Assembly (NCBI GenBank): GCA_040512455.1
Contig: JBEVFC010000288.1
Coordinates: 1-47,396 of the forward strand
Length of the DNA stretch: 47,396 nt
DNA from: Nocardioides sp.
GTDB taxonomy: Bacteria; Actinomycetota; Actinomycetes; Propionibacteriales; Nocardioidaceae
Direction: 5' to 3'
The notes beneath the pieces are model-generated. The model saw nothing but the letters and a program-made list of their open reading frames with translations. It ran no database searches and was not told the DNA's origin. Positions 8,413 to 16,132 of the stretch are shown here, piece by piece. Every line of letters starts with the position of its first letter. The first letter of the stretch is position 1. A program made the position numbers and the translations under genes.

Positions 8413-10005
8413 GTGACCGACCCGCATGACTGGCTGCTCAGCGCGACCGAGCGCGGCAACCCCAGCACCCGTCTCGACGACCAGCACCCCGGGGACGAGG
8501 CCTGGTCCACCGGCAACCTGGTGCGCCCGCTGGTCCACGGCGCGACGTACTTCGCCGAGCTGTACGACCGCCTCGAGGCCACCCGCCCCGGCGACCTGGT
8601 GTTCTTCACCGACTGGCAGGGCGACGCCGACGAGCGGCTGACCGGCGAACCGGGCAGCGAGGTCTCCGAGGTGCTCGCCCGCGCCGACGAGCGCGGCGTC
8701 GACGTCCGCGGGCTGGTGTGGCGCTCCCACTGGGACGGCGTCGGCTTCACCTCCGAGGAGAACCGCCGCCTGGGCCGCGTCCTCCAGCGCCGGGGGGCCG
8801 AGGCGCTGCTGGACATGCGGGTCCGGCTCGGTGGGTCGCACCACCAGAAGATGGTGGTGATCCGGCACCGCGACGACCCCGCCCGCGACGTCGCGTACGT
8901 CGGGGGGATCGACCTGTGCCACGCGCGCCGGGACGACGCCGACCACCACGGCGACCCGCAGCCCCAGAGGATGGCGGACGAGTACGGCGACACCCCGCCG
9001 TGGCACGACATCCAGGCGGCGATCAGCGGCCCGGCCGTCCACGACGTGGAGACGGTGTTCCGGGAGCGCTGGCTGGACCCGACACCTTTGAGCCGCAGCC
9101 CGCTGCGCTGGGTCGCGGACAAGATCTCTCGCATGGACCTCGACCCGGACCCGCTGCCGGAGCAGGCGCCGCCCCCGCCGCCGGTGGACGGCGGCACCCA
9201 CATCGTCCAGCTGCTGCGGACCTATCCCGACCTGCGGCTGAACCGCGACTACCCGTTCGCCAACGGCGGCGAGCGCAGCGTCGCGCGTGGCTACAGCAAG
9301 GCCCTCGAGCGGGCCCGCCGGATCGTCTACGTCGAGGACCAGTACCTCTGGGGCCACCACGTCGGCGACGTGTTCACCCGGGCGTTGAAGGAGCACCGCG
9401 ACCTGCACGTCATCGCGGTGGTGCCGCTGGTCCCGGACCTCGAGGGCGCGCTGGGCCGCACCCCGCAGCTGCTCGGTCGTCGGCGGGCGATGCTGCAGAT
9501 GGCCGAGGTGGCACCCGACCGGGTCGCGATCTACGGGATCGAGAACCACGCCGGCACCCCGGTCTACGTGCACGCCAAGACCTGTGTCATCGACGACACC
9601 TGGGCCACCATCGGCTCCGACAACTTCAACCGGCGCTCGTGGACGCACGACTCCGAGCTGTCCGCGGTGGTCGTGGACGAGGCGGGGGAGTACGCCCGCC
9701 GGCTGCGCCTGACCCTGGCCGCCGAGCACCTGGACCGAATGCCCTCCTCGGCCGACGACCTGCTGGACGAGCTGGCCGACTGCGTGGAGCCGGCCGGGAT
9801 GTTCTCGGCGTACGCCGACTGCGCGGCCGCGCTGGACGCGTGGCACGCCGGCGGCCGGGTCGGCCCCCGCCCGCCGGGACGGCTGCGGCGCATCGACCCG
9901 CCGTCGCTGGGACGGGCCACACGGGCGCTCGCGACGGTTCCCTACCTGACCATGCACGACCCGGACGGACGGCCGCGGTCGCTGCGTCGCCGCGACGCCT
10001 TCTGA
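8413..10005 (+). CDS. phospholipase D family protein
   Basis: Two HKD-type motifs (HHQKMVVI...GGID; VHAKTCVIDD...GSDN). Start placed at GTG 8413; the ORF track's upstream extension overlaps the ANTAR gene. Confidence 0.9.
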   Translation: MTDPHDWLLSATERGNPSTRLDDQHPGDEAWSTGNLVRPLVHGATYFAELYDRLEATRPGDLVFFTDWQGDADERLTGEPGSEVSEVLARADERGVDVRGLVWRSHWDGVGFTSEENRRLGRVLQRRGAEALLDMRVRLGGSHHQKMVVIRHRDDPARDVAYVGGIDLCHARRDDADHHGDPQPQRMADEYGDTPPWHDIQAAISGPAVHDVETVFRERWLDPTPLSRSPLRWVADKISRMDLDPDPLPEQAPPPPPVDGGTHIVQLLRTYPDLRLNRDYPFANGGERSVARGYSKALERARRIVYVEDQYLWGHHVGDVFTRALKEHRDLHVIAVVPLVPDLEGALGRTPQLLGRRRAMLQMAEVAPDRVAIYGIENHAGTPVYVHAKTCVIDDTWATIGSDNFNRRSWTHDSELSAVVVDEAGEYARRLRLTLAAEHLDRMPSSADDLLDELADCVEPAGMFSAYADCAAALDAWHAGGRVGPRPPGRLRRIDPPSLGRATRALATVPYLTMHDPDGRPRSLRRRDAF

Positions 10006-10041
10006 GCGGTCCAGTGCCGGCACGCGTGGCACGATGACGGG

Positions 10042-10470
10042 GTGGGATCGCACCCGACAACCCGTCACCTCGTCCGCGCCAAGGACCTGATCGACGCGCG
10101 CTTCGCGGAGCCCCTCACGGTGGCCGACCTCGCCGCCGCGGCCGGCCTGTCGCCCGCACACTTCAGCCGCGAGTTCCGTCGCGCCTTCGGAGAGAGCCCG
10201 CACGTCTACCTGCTCACGCGGCGACTCGAGCGGGCCGCGTCGATGCTGCGGAGGACCGACCGCAGCGTGGCCGACATCTGCGTCGCGGTCGGACTGTCCA
10301 GCGTCGGCTCGTTCACCAGCACGTTCACCCGGGTCTACGGCGAGTCACCGACGGCCTACCGCACCAGCCGACCACCGGCCTCGGCGTACGCCATCGTGCC
10401 GGCCTGCGTCGTGCGCGCCTACGGCCGTCCGCAGAACCGCACGTTTCGAGAAGACACCCGCCCGGCCTGA
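10042..10470 (+). CDS. AraC family transcriptional regulator (HTH only)
   Basis: LSPAHFSREFRRAFGESP...RRLERA...VADICVAVG...GSFTSTF. Confidence 0.92.
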   Translation: MGSHPTTRHLVRAKDLIDARFAEPLTVADLAAAAGLSPAHFSREFRRAFGESPHVYLLTRRLERAASMLRRTDRSVADICVAVGLSSVGSFTSTFTRVYGESPTAYRTSRPPASAYAIVPACVVRAYGRPQNRTFREDTRPA

Positions 10471-10511
10471 TCCCTAACGTCGGAGCATCACCAACGAACC
10501 CGGGAGGCAAG

Positions 10512-10934
10512 ATGTACAGGATCGGCAACGCGCAGGTGTGGGTGCACGACCAGGATGAGGCACTCGACTTCTACACCCGCAGGCTCGGCATGGAGGTCCG
10601 CTCCGACGTGACGATGGCCGAGATGGGCGACTTCCGCTGGCTGACGGTCGGGCCGGTGGGCCAGGACGACTTCGCGATCGTGCTGATGGCGATCCCGGGA
10701 CCGCCGGTCTTCGACGCCGAGACCTCCCAGCAGATCCGCACCCTGCTGGCGAAGGGCGGCACCAGCACGGTCTTCCTCGTCACCGACGACTGCCGCAAGG
10801 CCTACGAGGAGTTGTCGTCGCGGGGCGTCGAGTTCCAGGAGGCGCCGGAGGACCGTCCGTACGGCGTCGACGCCGGCTTCCGCGACCCGTCCGGCAACAA
10901 CTTCCGGCTCACCCAGGTCAAGGACCTCGACTGA
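10512..10934 (+). CDS. VOC/glyoxalase family protein
   Basis: VHDQDEALDFYT...LG, RWLTV, RGVEF, FRDPSGN. SD GGAGG. Confidence 0.92.
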   Translation: MYRIGNAQVWVHDQDEALDFYTRRLGMEVRSDVTMAEMGDFRWLTVGPVGQDDFAIVLMAIPGPPVFDAETSQQIRTLLAKGGTSTVFLVTDDCRKAYEELSSRGVEFQEAPEDRPYGVDAGFRDPSGNNFRLTQVKDLD

Positions 10935-10940
10935 GCGGCC

Positions 10941-12428
10941 TCACTGCAGGGCCGCGGTCAGCCGCATCACGTTGTCGACGTACGCCGCGCCGCGGCCGCG
11001 CTGCTTCCAGTCGGCGAGGGTGAGCTCCGCGGAGAGGGAGCGGTAGGTGTCCTGGACGGCATGCAGGCGCTCGACGATCTCGCGGCCGGTGAGCATCACC
11101 ACGACCTCGTAGTTGAGCGCGAACGAGCGCATGTCCATGTTGCTGGAGCCCACCACTGCGAGCCAGTCGTCGACGCTGAAGTGCTTGGCGTGCAGGACGA
11201 ACGGCTCGGGGTACAGCCAGATCCGGACGCCGGCCTCGAGCAGCGCCTGGTAGTAGGAGCGCTGGGCGTGGTGGACCATGAACTGGTCGGCGGTGGCGCT
11301 CACGAACAGCTCCACCTCCACGCCCCGCTGGGCGGCGGTGGTGACGGCGTACAGCAGTGACTCGTCCGGCACGAAGTACGGGCTGGTCAGCGAGAGCCGG
11401 TCGCGGGCGGCGTAGATCATGCTGTTGAAGAGCCGCAGGTTGTTCTCGGTGGCGAAGCCGGGGCCGCTCGGCACCACCTGGCATCCCACCCCCTCGACCG
11501 CGTCCGGGCGGGCCTGCCCCTCGACGACGGGGTCGGGCATGGTGGACGAGAGGTCCTCGCCGGTCTCGCTGAACCAGTCGGTGGCGAAGACGACATTCAG
11601 CTGCCGGACCACCGGCCCTTCGAGCCGCATCATCAGCTCCACCCACTCGCGGCCGAGCTCGTGGTTCTTGGGCTTGTCGTAGCCGGCCTCGATGAGGTTC
11701 TGCGAGCCGGTGAAGGCGACCCGTCCGTCGACGACCAGGATCTTGCGGTGGTTGCGCAGGTCCGGCCGGCGCAGCTGACCCTTCAGCGGCCGGATCGGCA
11801 GCATCGGCGCCCAGGCCAGGTCGGAGGCCTCCAGCCTCTTCACGAAGTCCTTGTAGCCCGGGATGCCGCGCGAGCCGAGGTGGTCGAACATCAGACGCAC
11901 GGCGACGCCTCGGGACCGGGCGCGCAGCAGGGCATCGAAGAAGCCGGAGGTCACCTCGTCCCACGCGGAGATGTAGAACTGCACGTGCACGAACGACTCG
12001 GCCCGGTCGACCTCCGCCAGCATCTCGGCGAACACCCCGCGGTAGTCGCTGAGCATCTCGACCCGGTTGCCCGCGGCCAGGGGCAGCGCGCCCAGCGTGC
12101 TGCTGAGCCGGTCGAAGCCCCGCAGCGTCTCCTCCCGCACGACGTCCCCGACACCCGAGGACGGTTCGTCCCGGACCACCGCCATCACGCGTTCGTTCAC
12201 CTGGCGCTGCAGCTCCCGGCGCTTGCGACCGACGGTGGTGCTCCCGAAGAGCAGGAACGCGAGGATCCCGAAGTAGGGCACGGCCAGGATCAGGATCAGC
12301 CAGGCCATCGCGGTCGACGGCTTGCGGTTGCCCGGCAGCACGCCGAGGGCCAGCACGCAGAAGACCACATGGACCAGGACCAGGGAGGTGGCGAGGACGA
12401 TCGGCAGGGACAGCACCCAGTCGGTCAT
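10941..12428 (-). CDS. cls: cardiolipin synthase
   Basis: N-terminal PLDc_N TM segment (PSTAMAWL), RNHRKILVVDG, SPYFVPD, LHAKHFSVDD...GSSNMDMRS. Confidence 0.93.
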   Translation of the reverse strand: MTDWVLSLPIVLATSLVLVHVVFCVLALGVLPGNRKPSTAMAWLILILAVPYFGILAFLLFGSTTVGRKRRELQRQVNERVMAVVRDEPSSGVGDVVREETLRGFDRLSSTLGALPLAAGNRVEMLSDYRGVFAEMLAEVDRAESFVHVQFYISAWDEVTSGFFDALLRARSRGVAVRLMFDHLGSRGIPGYKDFVKRLEASDLAWAPMLPIRPLKGQLRRPDLRNHRKILVVDGRVAFTGSQNLIEAGYDKPKNHELGREWVELMMRLEGPVVRQLNVVFATDWFSETGEDLSSTMPDPVVEGQARPDAVEGVGCQVVPSGPGFATENNLRLFNSMIYAARDRLSLTSPYFVPDESLLYAVTTAAQRGVEVELFVSATADQFMVHHAQRSYYQALLEAGVRIWLYPEPFVLHAKHFSVDDWLAVVGSSNMDMRSFALNYEVVVMLTGREIVERLHAVQDTYRSLSAELTLADWKQRGRGAAYVDNVMRLTAALQ

Positions 12429-12502
12429 GTCGGCGTCCCCTCTCGCTGACGGTGCTGCACCATCGCGACCGTCACGCTAGGGCCGCACGCGCGGCGGCCG
12501 CG

Positions 12503-12519
12503 TCACCTGTCCCGGGTGA
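12503..12519 (-). promoter_or_regulatory. TCACC-N7-GGTGA operator upstream of cls
   Basis: TCACC-TGTCCCG-GGTGA. Minus-strand TAGCGT at 12479-12474, 23-nt gap. Confidence 0.75.
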
Positions 12520-12569
12520 CCTCGGCCGGTCACCTCGGCCGGGCACCTCAGTCGGGCACCTCAGTCGGG
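12518..12569. repeat. 4 x 13-bp degenerate tandem repeat
   Basis: GACCTCGGCCGGT / CACCTCGGCCGGG / CACCTCAGTCGGG / CACCTCAGTCGGG. Confidence 0.8.
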
Positions 12570-12761
12570 GATCGTGACGATCTCGATGACGCTGATGCCG
12601 AGGGAGTTGAGCAGGCTGAGCACGCCCTGCAGCTCCTCCTGGTCGGCGAGGTCACCGGTGAGCGTCGTCTGGGCCCGGTGGTGATGGGTCGTGAGCTGGG
12701 GGAACGCGCCCGAGAGCTCGTCCGACAGCTCGGCGTCGACTCGGATCATCAGCCTGGTCAT
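12561..12761 (-). CDS. small conserved hypothetical protein (66 aa)
   Basis: MTRLMIRV...TTLTGDLADQEELQGVLSLLNSLGISVIEI resembles a common small actinobacterial protein. SD GGAG. Directly downstream of the GAP gene. Confidence 0.75.
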   Translation of the reverse strand: MTRLMIRVDAELSDELSGAFPQLTTHHHRAQTTLTGDLADQEELQGVLSLLNSLGISVIEIVTIPD

Positions 12762-12777
12762 GGGTGTGCTCCCTCCG

Positions 12778-13449
12778 TCACAGTCCACCCAGCCCCTTGC
12801 CCAGGATCGCCACACCGATCACGAGCAGGAGCACGGACATGACAGTTGCGTTGTTGGCAGTGAGCCACCGACGCATGTCGTCGAGTGGCTCCTGCATCCG
12901 GTCGTGGGCGAGCAGGAAAGCGAGCACCGGTACGACGACGCTGCTGGACGCGATCACCACGAACACGACCAGCACCACCACCGTGTCGGTCGTCGAGAGG
13001 TCGGTGCCACCGATGATGGCGCCGCCCGCCAGACACAGCGTCAGGTTCTTCGGGTTGGCGGCCGAGAGCAGCGCCCCCAGGCCGAGGGCCTTGCCGGCGG
13101 TCATCCTGTCGATGGCGGCCATCCAGGTAGGCAACGACGGCTCGTCGCCGGGCTTCGGCCGGGACCGCCACTGCAGCACGCCCAGCACGATGGCGGCCGC
13201 GCCCAGCAGCAGCTGGAGGACCGAGGCGACCGTCGACGGACCGGAGGTGTCCGAGGTGCTGCTGGGCTGCACGAGCATCGTCACCACCGTGACCACCACG
13301 GTGACGCCGGCGACCCAGCCCACCATGAACGCCACGCTGGCTGCCCGGGCCTGGGGGGCCAGCAGCATGAGGATGACCGCGATCACCGGAACCGGGGAGA
13401 TCGCCACGCCGAGCGCCACCGGGAGGATGTCTCCGATGACGGATCCCAT
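12778..13449 (-). CDS. GAP family (Sap/Gap lipid-addressing) membrane protein
   Basis: ALGVAISPVPVIAVILML, NPKNL, WLTANN. About 6 TM helices. SD GGGAG before ATG 13449. Confidence 0.88.
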   Translation of the reverse strand: MGSVIGDILPVALGVAISPVPVIAVILMLLAPQARAASVAFMVGWVAGVTVVVTVVTMLVQPSSTSDTSGPSTVASVLQLLLGAAAIVLGVLQWRSRPKPGDEPSLPTWMAAIDRMTAGKALGLGALLSAANPKNLTLCLAGGAIIGGTDLSTTDTVVVLVVFVVIASSSVVVPVLAFLLAHDRMQEPLDDMRRWLTANNATVMSVLLLVIGVAILGKGLGGL

Positions 13450-13531
13450 GAGAACTCCCGGCACGACGTGATGGGTCGGCCGACCGGCCGGACCTCGCGT
13501 CGAGGTTAGGTTCGCCTACCGGTGCGGTGCC

Positions 13532-13548
13532 TCACCGGTTTCGGGCGA
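13532..13548 (-). promoter_or_regulatory. operator upstream of the GAP gene
   Basis: TCACC-GGTTTCG-GGCGA. Minus-strand TAACCT at 13508-13503, 23-nt gap. Confidence 0.7.
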
Positions 13549-13604
13549 AGCACGGGGAGGGTCTCCGGCGGCTCGGCACGACGTACGCGGACGGCGTCCG
13601 GACG

Positions 13605-13621
13605 TCACCTGTATCGGGGGA
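13605..13621 (+). promoter_or_regulatory. operator upstream of SulP-1
   Basis: TCACC-TGTATCG-GGGGA. TACGGT at 13645, 23-nt gap. Confidence 0.7.
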
Positions 13622-13679
13622 GCCCGGGCACGGCCGCGCGGTCCTACGGTCGCGCCGATCCGCAGGACGGAGGAGTGCC

Positions 13680-15440
13680 GTGTCGGAGACCGATCCGCCC
13701 GCCGACGGGAAGGGCACCGCCGCTCCCGCGCACCCGCGAACCCGCCTCCTCGCCCCGTCCTTCGTCGGGTTCCAACGCTCATGGATCAGGCCCGACGTGA
13801 TCGCCGGGCTGACCGTCTGGGCGGTGCTGGTCCCGGAGTCACTGGCCTACGCCACCATCGCGGGGGTCCCGCCGGTGGTCGGCCTGTACGCCGCGATGCC
13901 GGCGCTGGTGCTCTACGCGCTGGTCGGCTCCTCCCGCCACCTCGTGGTGTCACCGATGTCGGCGACGGCCGCGCTGTCCCTGGGCGTGGTCTCGACGGTC
14001 ACCGACGACCCGGGGGAGTTCGTCGTCCTCACCGCCGCCCTCGCGCTGGCCACGGGTCTCGCGGCGCTGCTCGCCGGCGTGCTGCGCCTCGGGTTCCTGG
14101 CCGCGTTCATCTCCGAACCCGTGCTCAAGGGGTTCATCATCGGCCTGGCCCTGACGATCATGGTCGGCCAGCTTCCGTCCCTGATCGGCGTCGACAAGGG
14201 CAGTGGCAACTTCTTCGAGAAGCTCTGGGACCTGCTGAAGAACCTCGGTGACGCGGAGGCGCTGGCCACCGTGGTCGGCCTCAGCAGTCTCGCCGTGCTG
14301 CTCGGGCTGCGGCGCTGGGCGCCCCGGGTCCCGGCGTCCCTCGTGGTGGCCGCGCTCGGCATCGCCGCCGTGGCGGTGTTCGGGCTGGACGACGACGGGC
14401 TGGACATCGTCGGCACCATCGACTCCGGCCTCCCGTCGCTCGGGCTCCCCGACGTCGGCAGGTCCGACTTCGTCGAGCTGTTCGGCGCGGCGATCGGGGT
14501 GATGCTGGTCGGCTTCGCCGAAGGGCTCGGCGCCGCCAAGACCTACGCGGCTCGCGAGGGCTACGACATCGACGCCAACCGGGAGCTGCTCGGGCTGGGC
14601 GCGGCCAACGTGGGGGCGGGCCTGACCAGCGGCATGGTCGTCAACGGAAGCCTGTCGAAGACCGCGGTCAACGGCAGCGCCGGCGCCAGGTCGCAGCTCT
14701 CGGGGACGACCGCCGCCGTCCTGACGCTGGTCACGCTGCTGCTGCTCACCGGCCTGTTCGAGCAGCTGCCGGAGGCGACGCTCGCCGCCATCGTCATCGC
14801 GGCCGTCCTCGAGCTCGTGGACGTCGAGTCGCTGCGCCGGCTGTGGCGGGTCCGTGGGGGCGTGCTCGGCCGGGCCAACCGGGTCACCAACCGGGTCGAC
14901 TTCCTGGCCGCGGCGGCCGCGCTGCTCGGGGTGCTGCTGCTCGACACGCTGCCCGGCCTGGTGATCGGCATCGGGGTGTCCCTGGTGCTCCTGATCGCCC
15001 ACGCCTCCCGGCCCCACGTGGCGGTGCTCGTGCCGGTCACGCACAATGACGGCGGGACCGAGGGTCGCGTGTGGGTGGACGCGTCCCGCAACCCGGGCCT
15101 GCCCGGGGCGCCCGGAGCACTGGTGGTCCGGGTCGAGGCCCCGCTGCTGTTCGCCAACGCCGACTACGTCCGCGAGCGGGTCCGTGGTCTCGTCGCGGCC
15201 ACCCCCGGCGTACGGATCGTGGTGCTGGACGGCGAGGCGACGCCCTCGATCGACGTCACCGCCTCGGCGATGCTGGTCCAGCTGCGCACAGACCTGCGGC
15301 GCTCGGGCGTGGAGCTGGTGCTGGCGGAGGACGTCGGCCAGGTCCGGGACGTGCTGGCCCAGGCCGAGCCCGACGGCGTCCCGCCGGTCTACGTCACCAT
15401 CGAGGACGCGCTGCGCTCCACCCCGCCACCGCCGCCCTGA
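13680..15440 (+). CDS. SulP family anion transporter with STAS domain
   Basis: DVIAGLTV...VPESLAYA...GLYA, GSSRHL, NRELLGLG, GSLSKT. STAS motif LLFANA...IDVTA. SD GGAGGAG before GTG 13680. Confidence 0.93.
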   Translation: MSETDPPADGKGTAAPAHPRTRLLAPSFVGFQRSWIRPDVIAGLTVWAVLVPESLAYATIAGVPPVVGLYAAMPALVLYALVGSSRHLVVSPMSATAALSLGVVSTVTDDPGEFVVLTAALALATGLAALLAGVLRLGFLAAFISEPVLKGFIIGLALTIMVGQLPSLIGVDKGSGNFFEKLWDLLKNLGDAEALATVVGLSSLAVLLGLRRWAPRVPASLVVAALGIAAVAVFGLDDDGLDIVGTIDSGLPSLGLPDVGRSDFVELFGAAIGVMLVGFAEGLGAAKTYAAREGYDIDANRELLGLGAANVGAGLTSGMVVNGSLSKTAVNGSAGARSQLSGTTAAVLTLVTLLLLTGLFEQLPEATLAAIVIAAVLELVDVESLRRLWRVRGGVLGRANRVTNRVDFLAAAAALLGVLLLDTLPGLVIGIGVSLVLLIAHASRPHVAVLVPVTHNDGGTEGRVWVDASRNPGLPGAPGALVVRVEAPLLFANADYVRERVRGLVAATPGVRIVVLDGEATPSIDVTASAMLVQLRTDLRRSGVELVLAEDVGQVRDVLAQAEPDGVPPVYVTIEDALRSTPPPPP

Positions 15441-15446
15441 CGCGGT

Positions 15447-15463
15447 TCACCTGCAACGGGGGA
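15447..15463 (+). promoter_or_regulatory. operator upstream of the DUF1269 gene
   Basis: TCACC-TGCAACG-GGGGA. CAGCGT at 15486, 22-nt gap. Confidence 0.7.
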
Positions 15464-15522
15464 GGATTCCCCCGCGCCCTGGCCGCAGCGTGGGTCATGA
15501 GACCGACAGGCAGGAGTCGCCG

Positions 15523-16008
15523 ATGGCCACGCTGACCGTGTGGAAGTACGACACGACGTACGGCGCCGACCAGGCGTCCGAGAGGCTCCAGGAGCTCTCG
15601 CGCGCGGGGCTGGTCCAGGTCCACGACGCCGCCACGGTGGTCTGGGAGGAGGGGAAGAAGAAACCGAAGACGCACCAGCTGGCCAGCCCCACCGCCGCCG
15701 GCGCCCTCGGTGGCGGATTCTGGGGGCTGCTGTTCGGCCTGATCTTCTTCGTCCCGCTGCTCGGCGCCGCGATCGGGGCCGCCACGGGCGCGCTGGCCGG
15801 TTCGCTCACCGACGTGGGCATCGACGACGAGTTCATCAACAAGGTTCGTGACCAGGTCACCCCGGGCACCTCGGCGCTGTTCGTGATGACCTCCGACGCC
15901 GTGGTCGACAAGATCAAGGAGGCCTTTGCCGGTCTGGACAAGGGCGAGCTGATCTTCACCAACCTGGACAACGAGCAGGAGGCGGCGCTGCGCGAGGTCT
16001 TCACGTAG
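15523..16008 (+). CDS. DUF1269 domain membrane protein
   Basis: MATLTVWKY, glycine zipper GALGGGFWGLLFG...GAAIGAATGALAG, DVGIDDEFI, PGTSALFV. SD AGGAG. Confidence 0.9.
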   Translation: MATLTVWKYDTTYGADQASERLQELSRAGLVQVHDAATVVWEEGKKKPKTHQLASPTAAGALGGGFWGLLFGLIFFVPLLGAAIGAATGALAGSLTDVGIDDEFINKVRDQVTPGTSALFVMTSDAVVDKIKEAFAGLDKGELIFTNLDNEQEAALREVFT

Positions 16009-16132
16009 ACCGGTGACCACGCTCGCGGCCGGGGTGGCCGCTTGCCCCTTCGTGGTCCGGCCCGTCAGACTCGAGGACCAGACACGCCGCCGTGCGCACT
16101 CGGGAGATGCGCACGACGCAGGGAGGGCCATC

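Noticed and set aside
8413-10005. PLD as a defence nuclease
   Set aside because: It has a two-HKD lipid-PLD-like architecture and no helicase or methylase neighbours.
12518-12569. CRISPR-like array
   Set aside because: The units are 13 bp with no spacers, and there are no cas genes.
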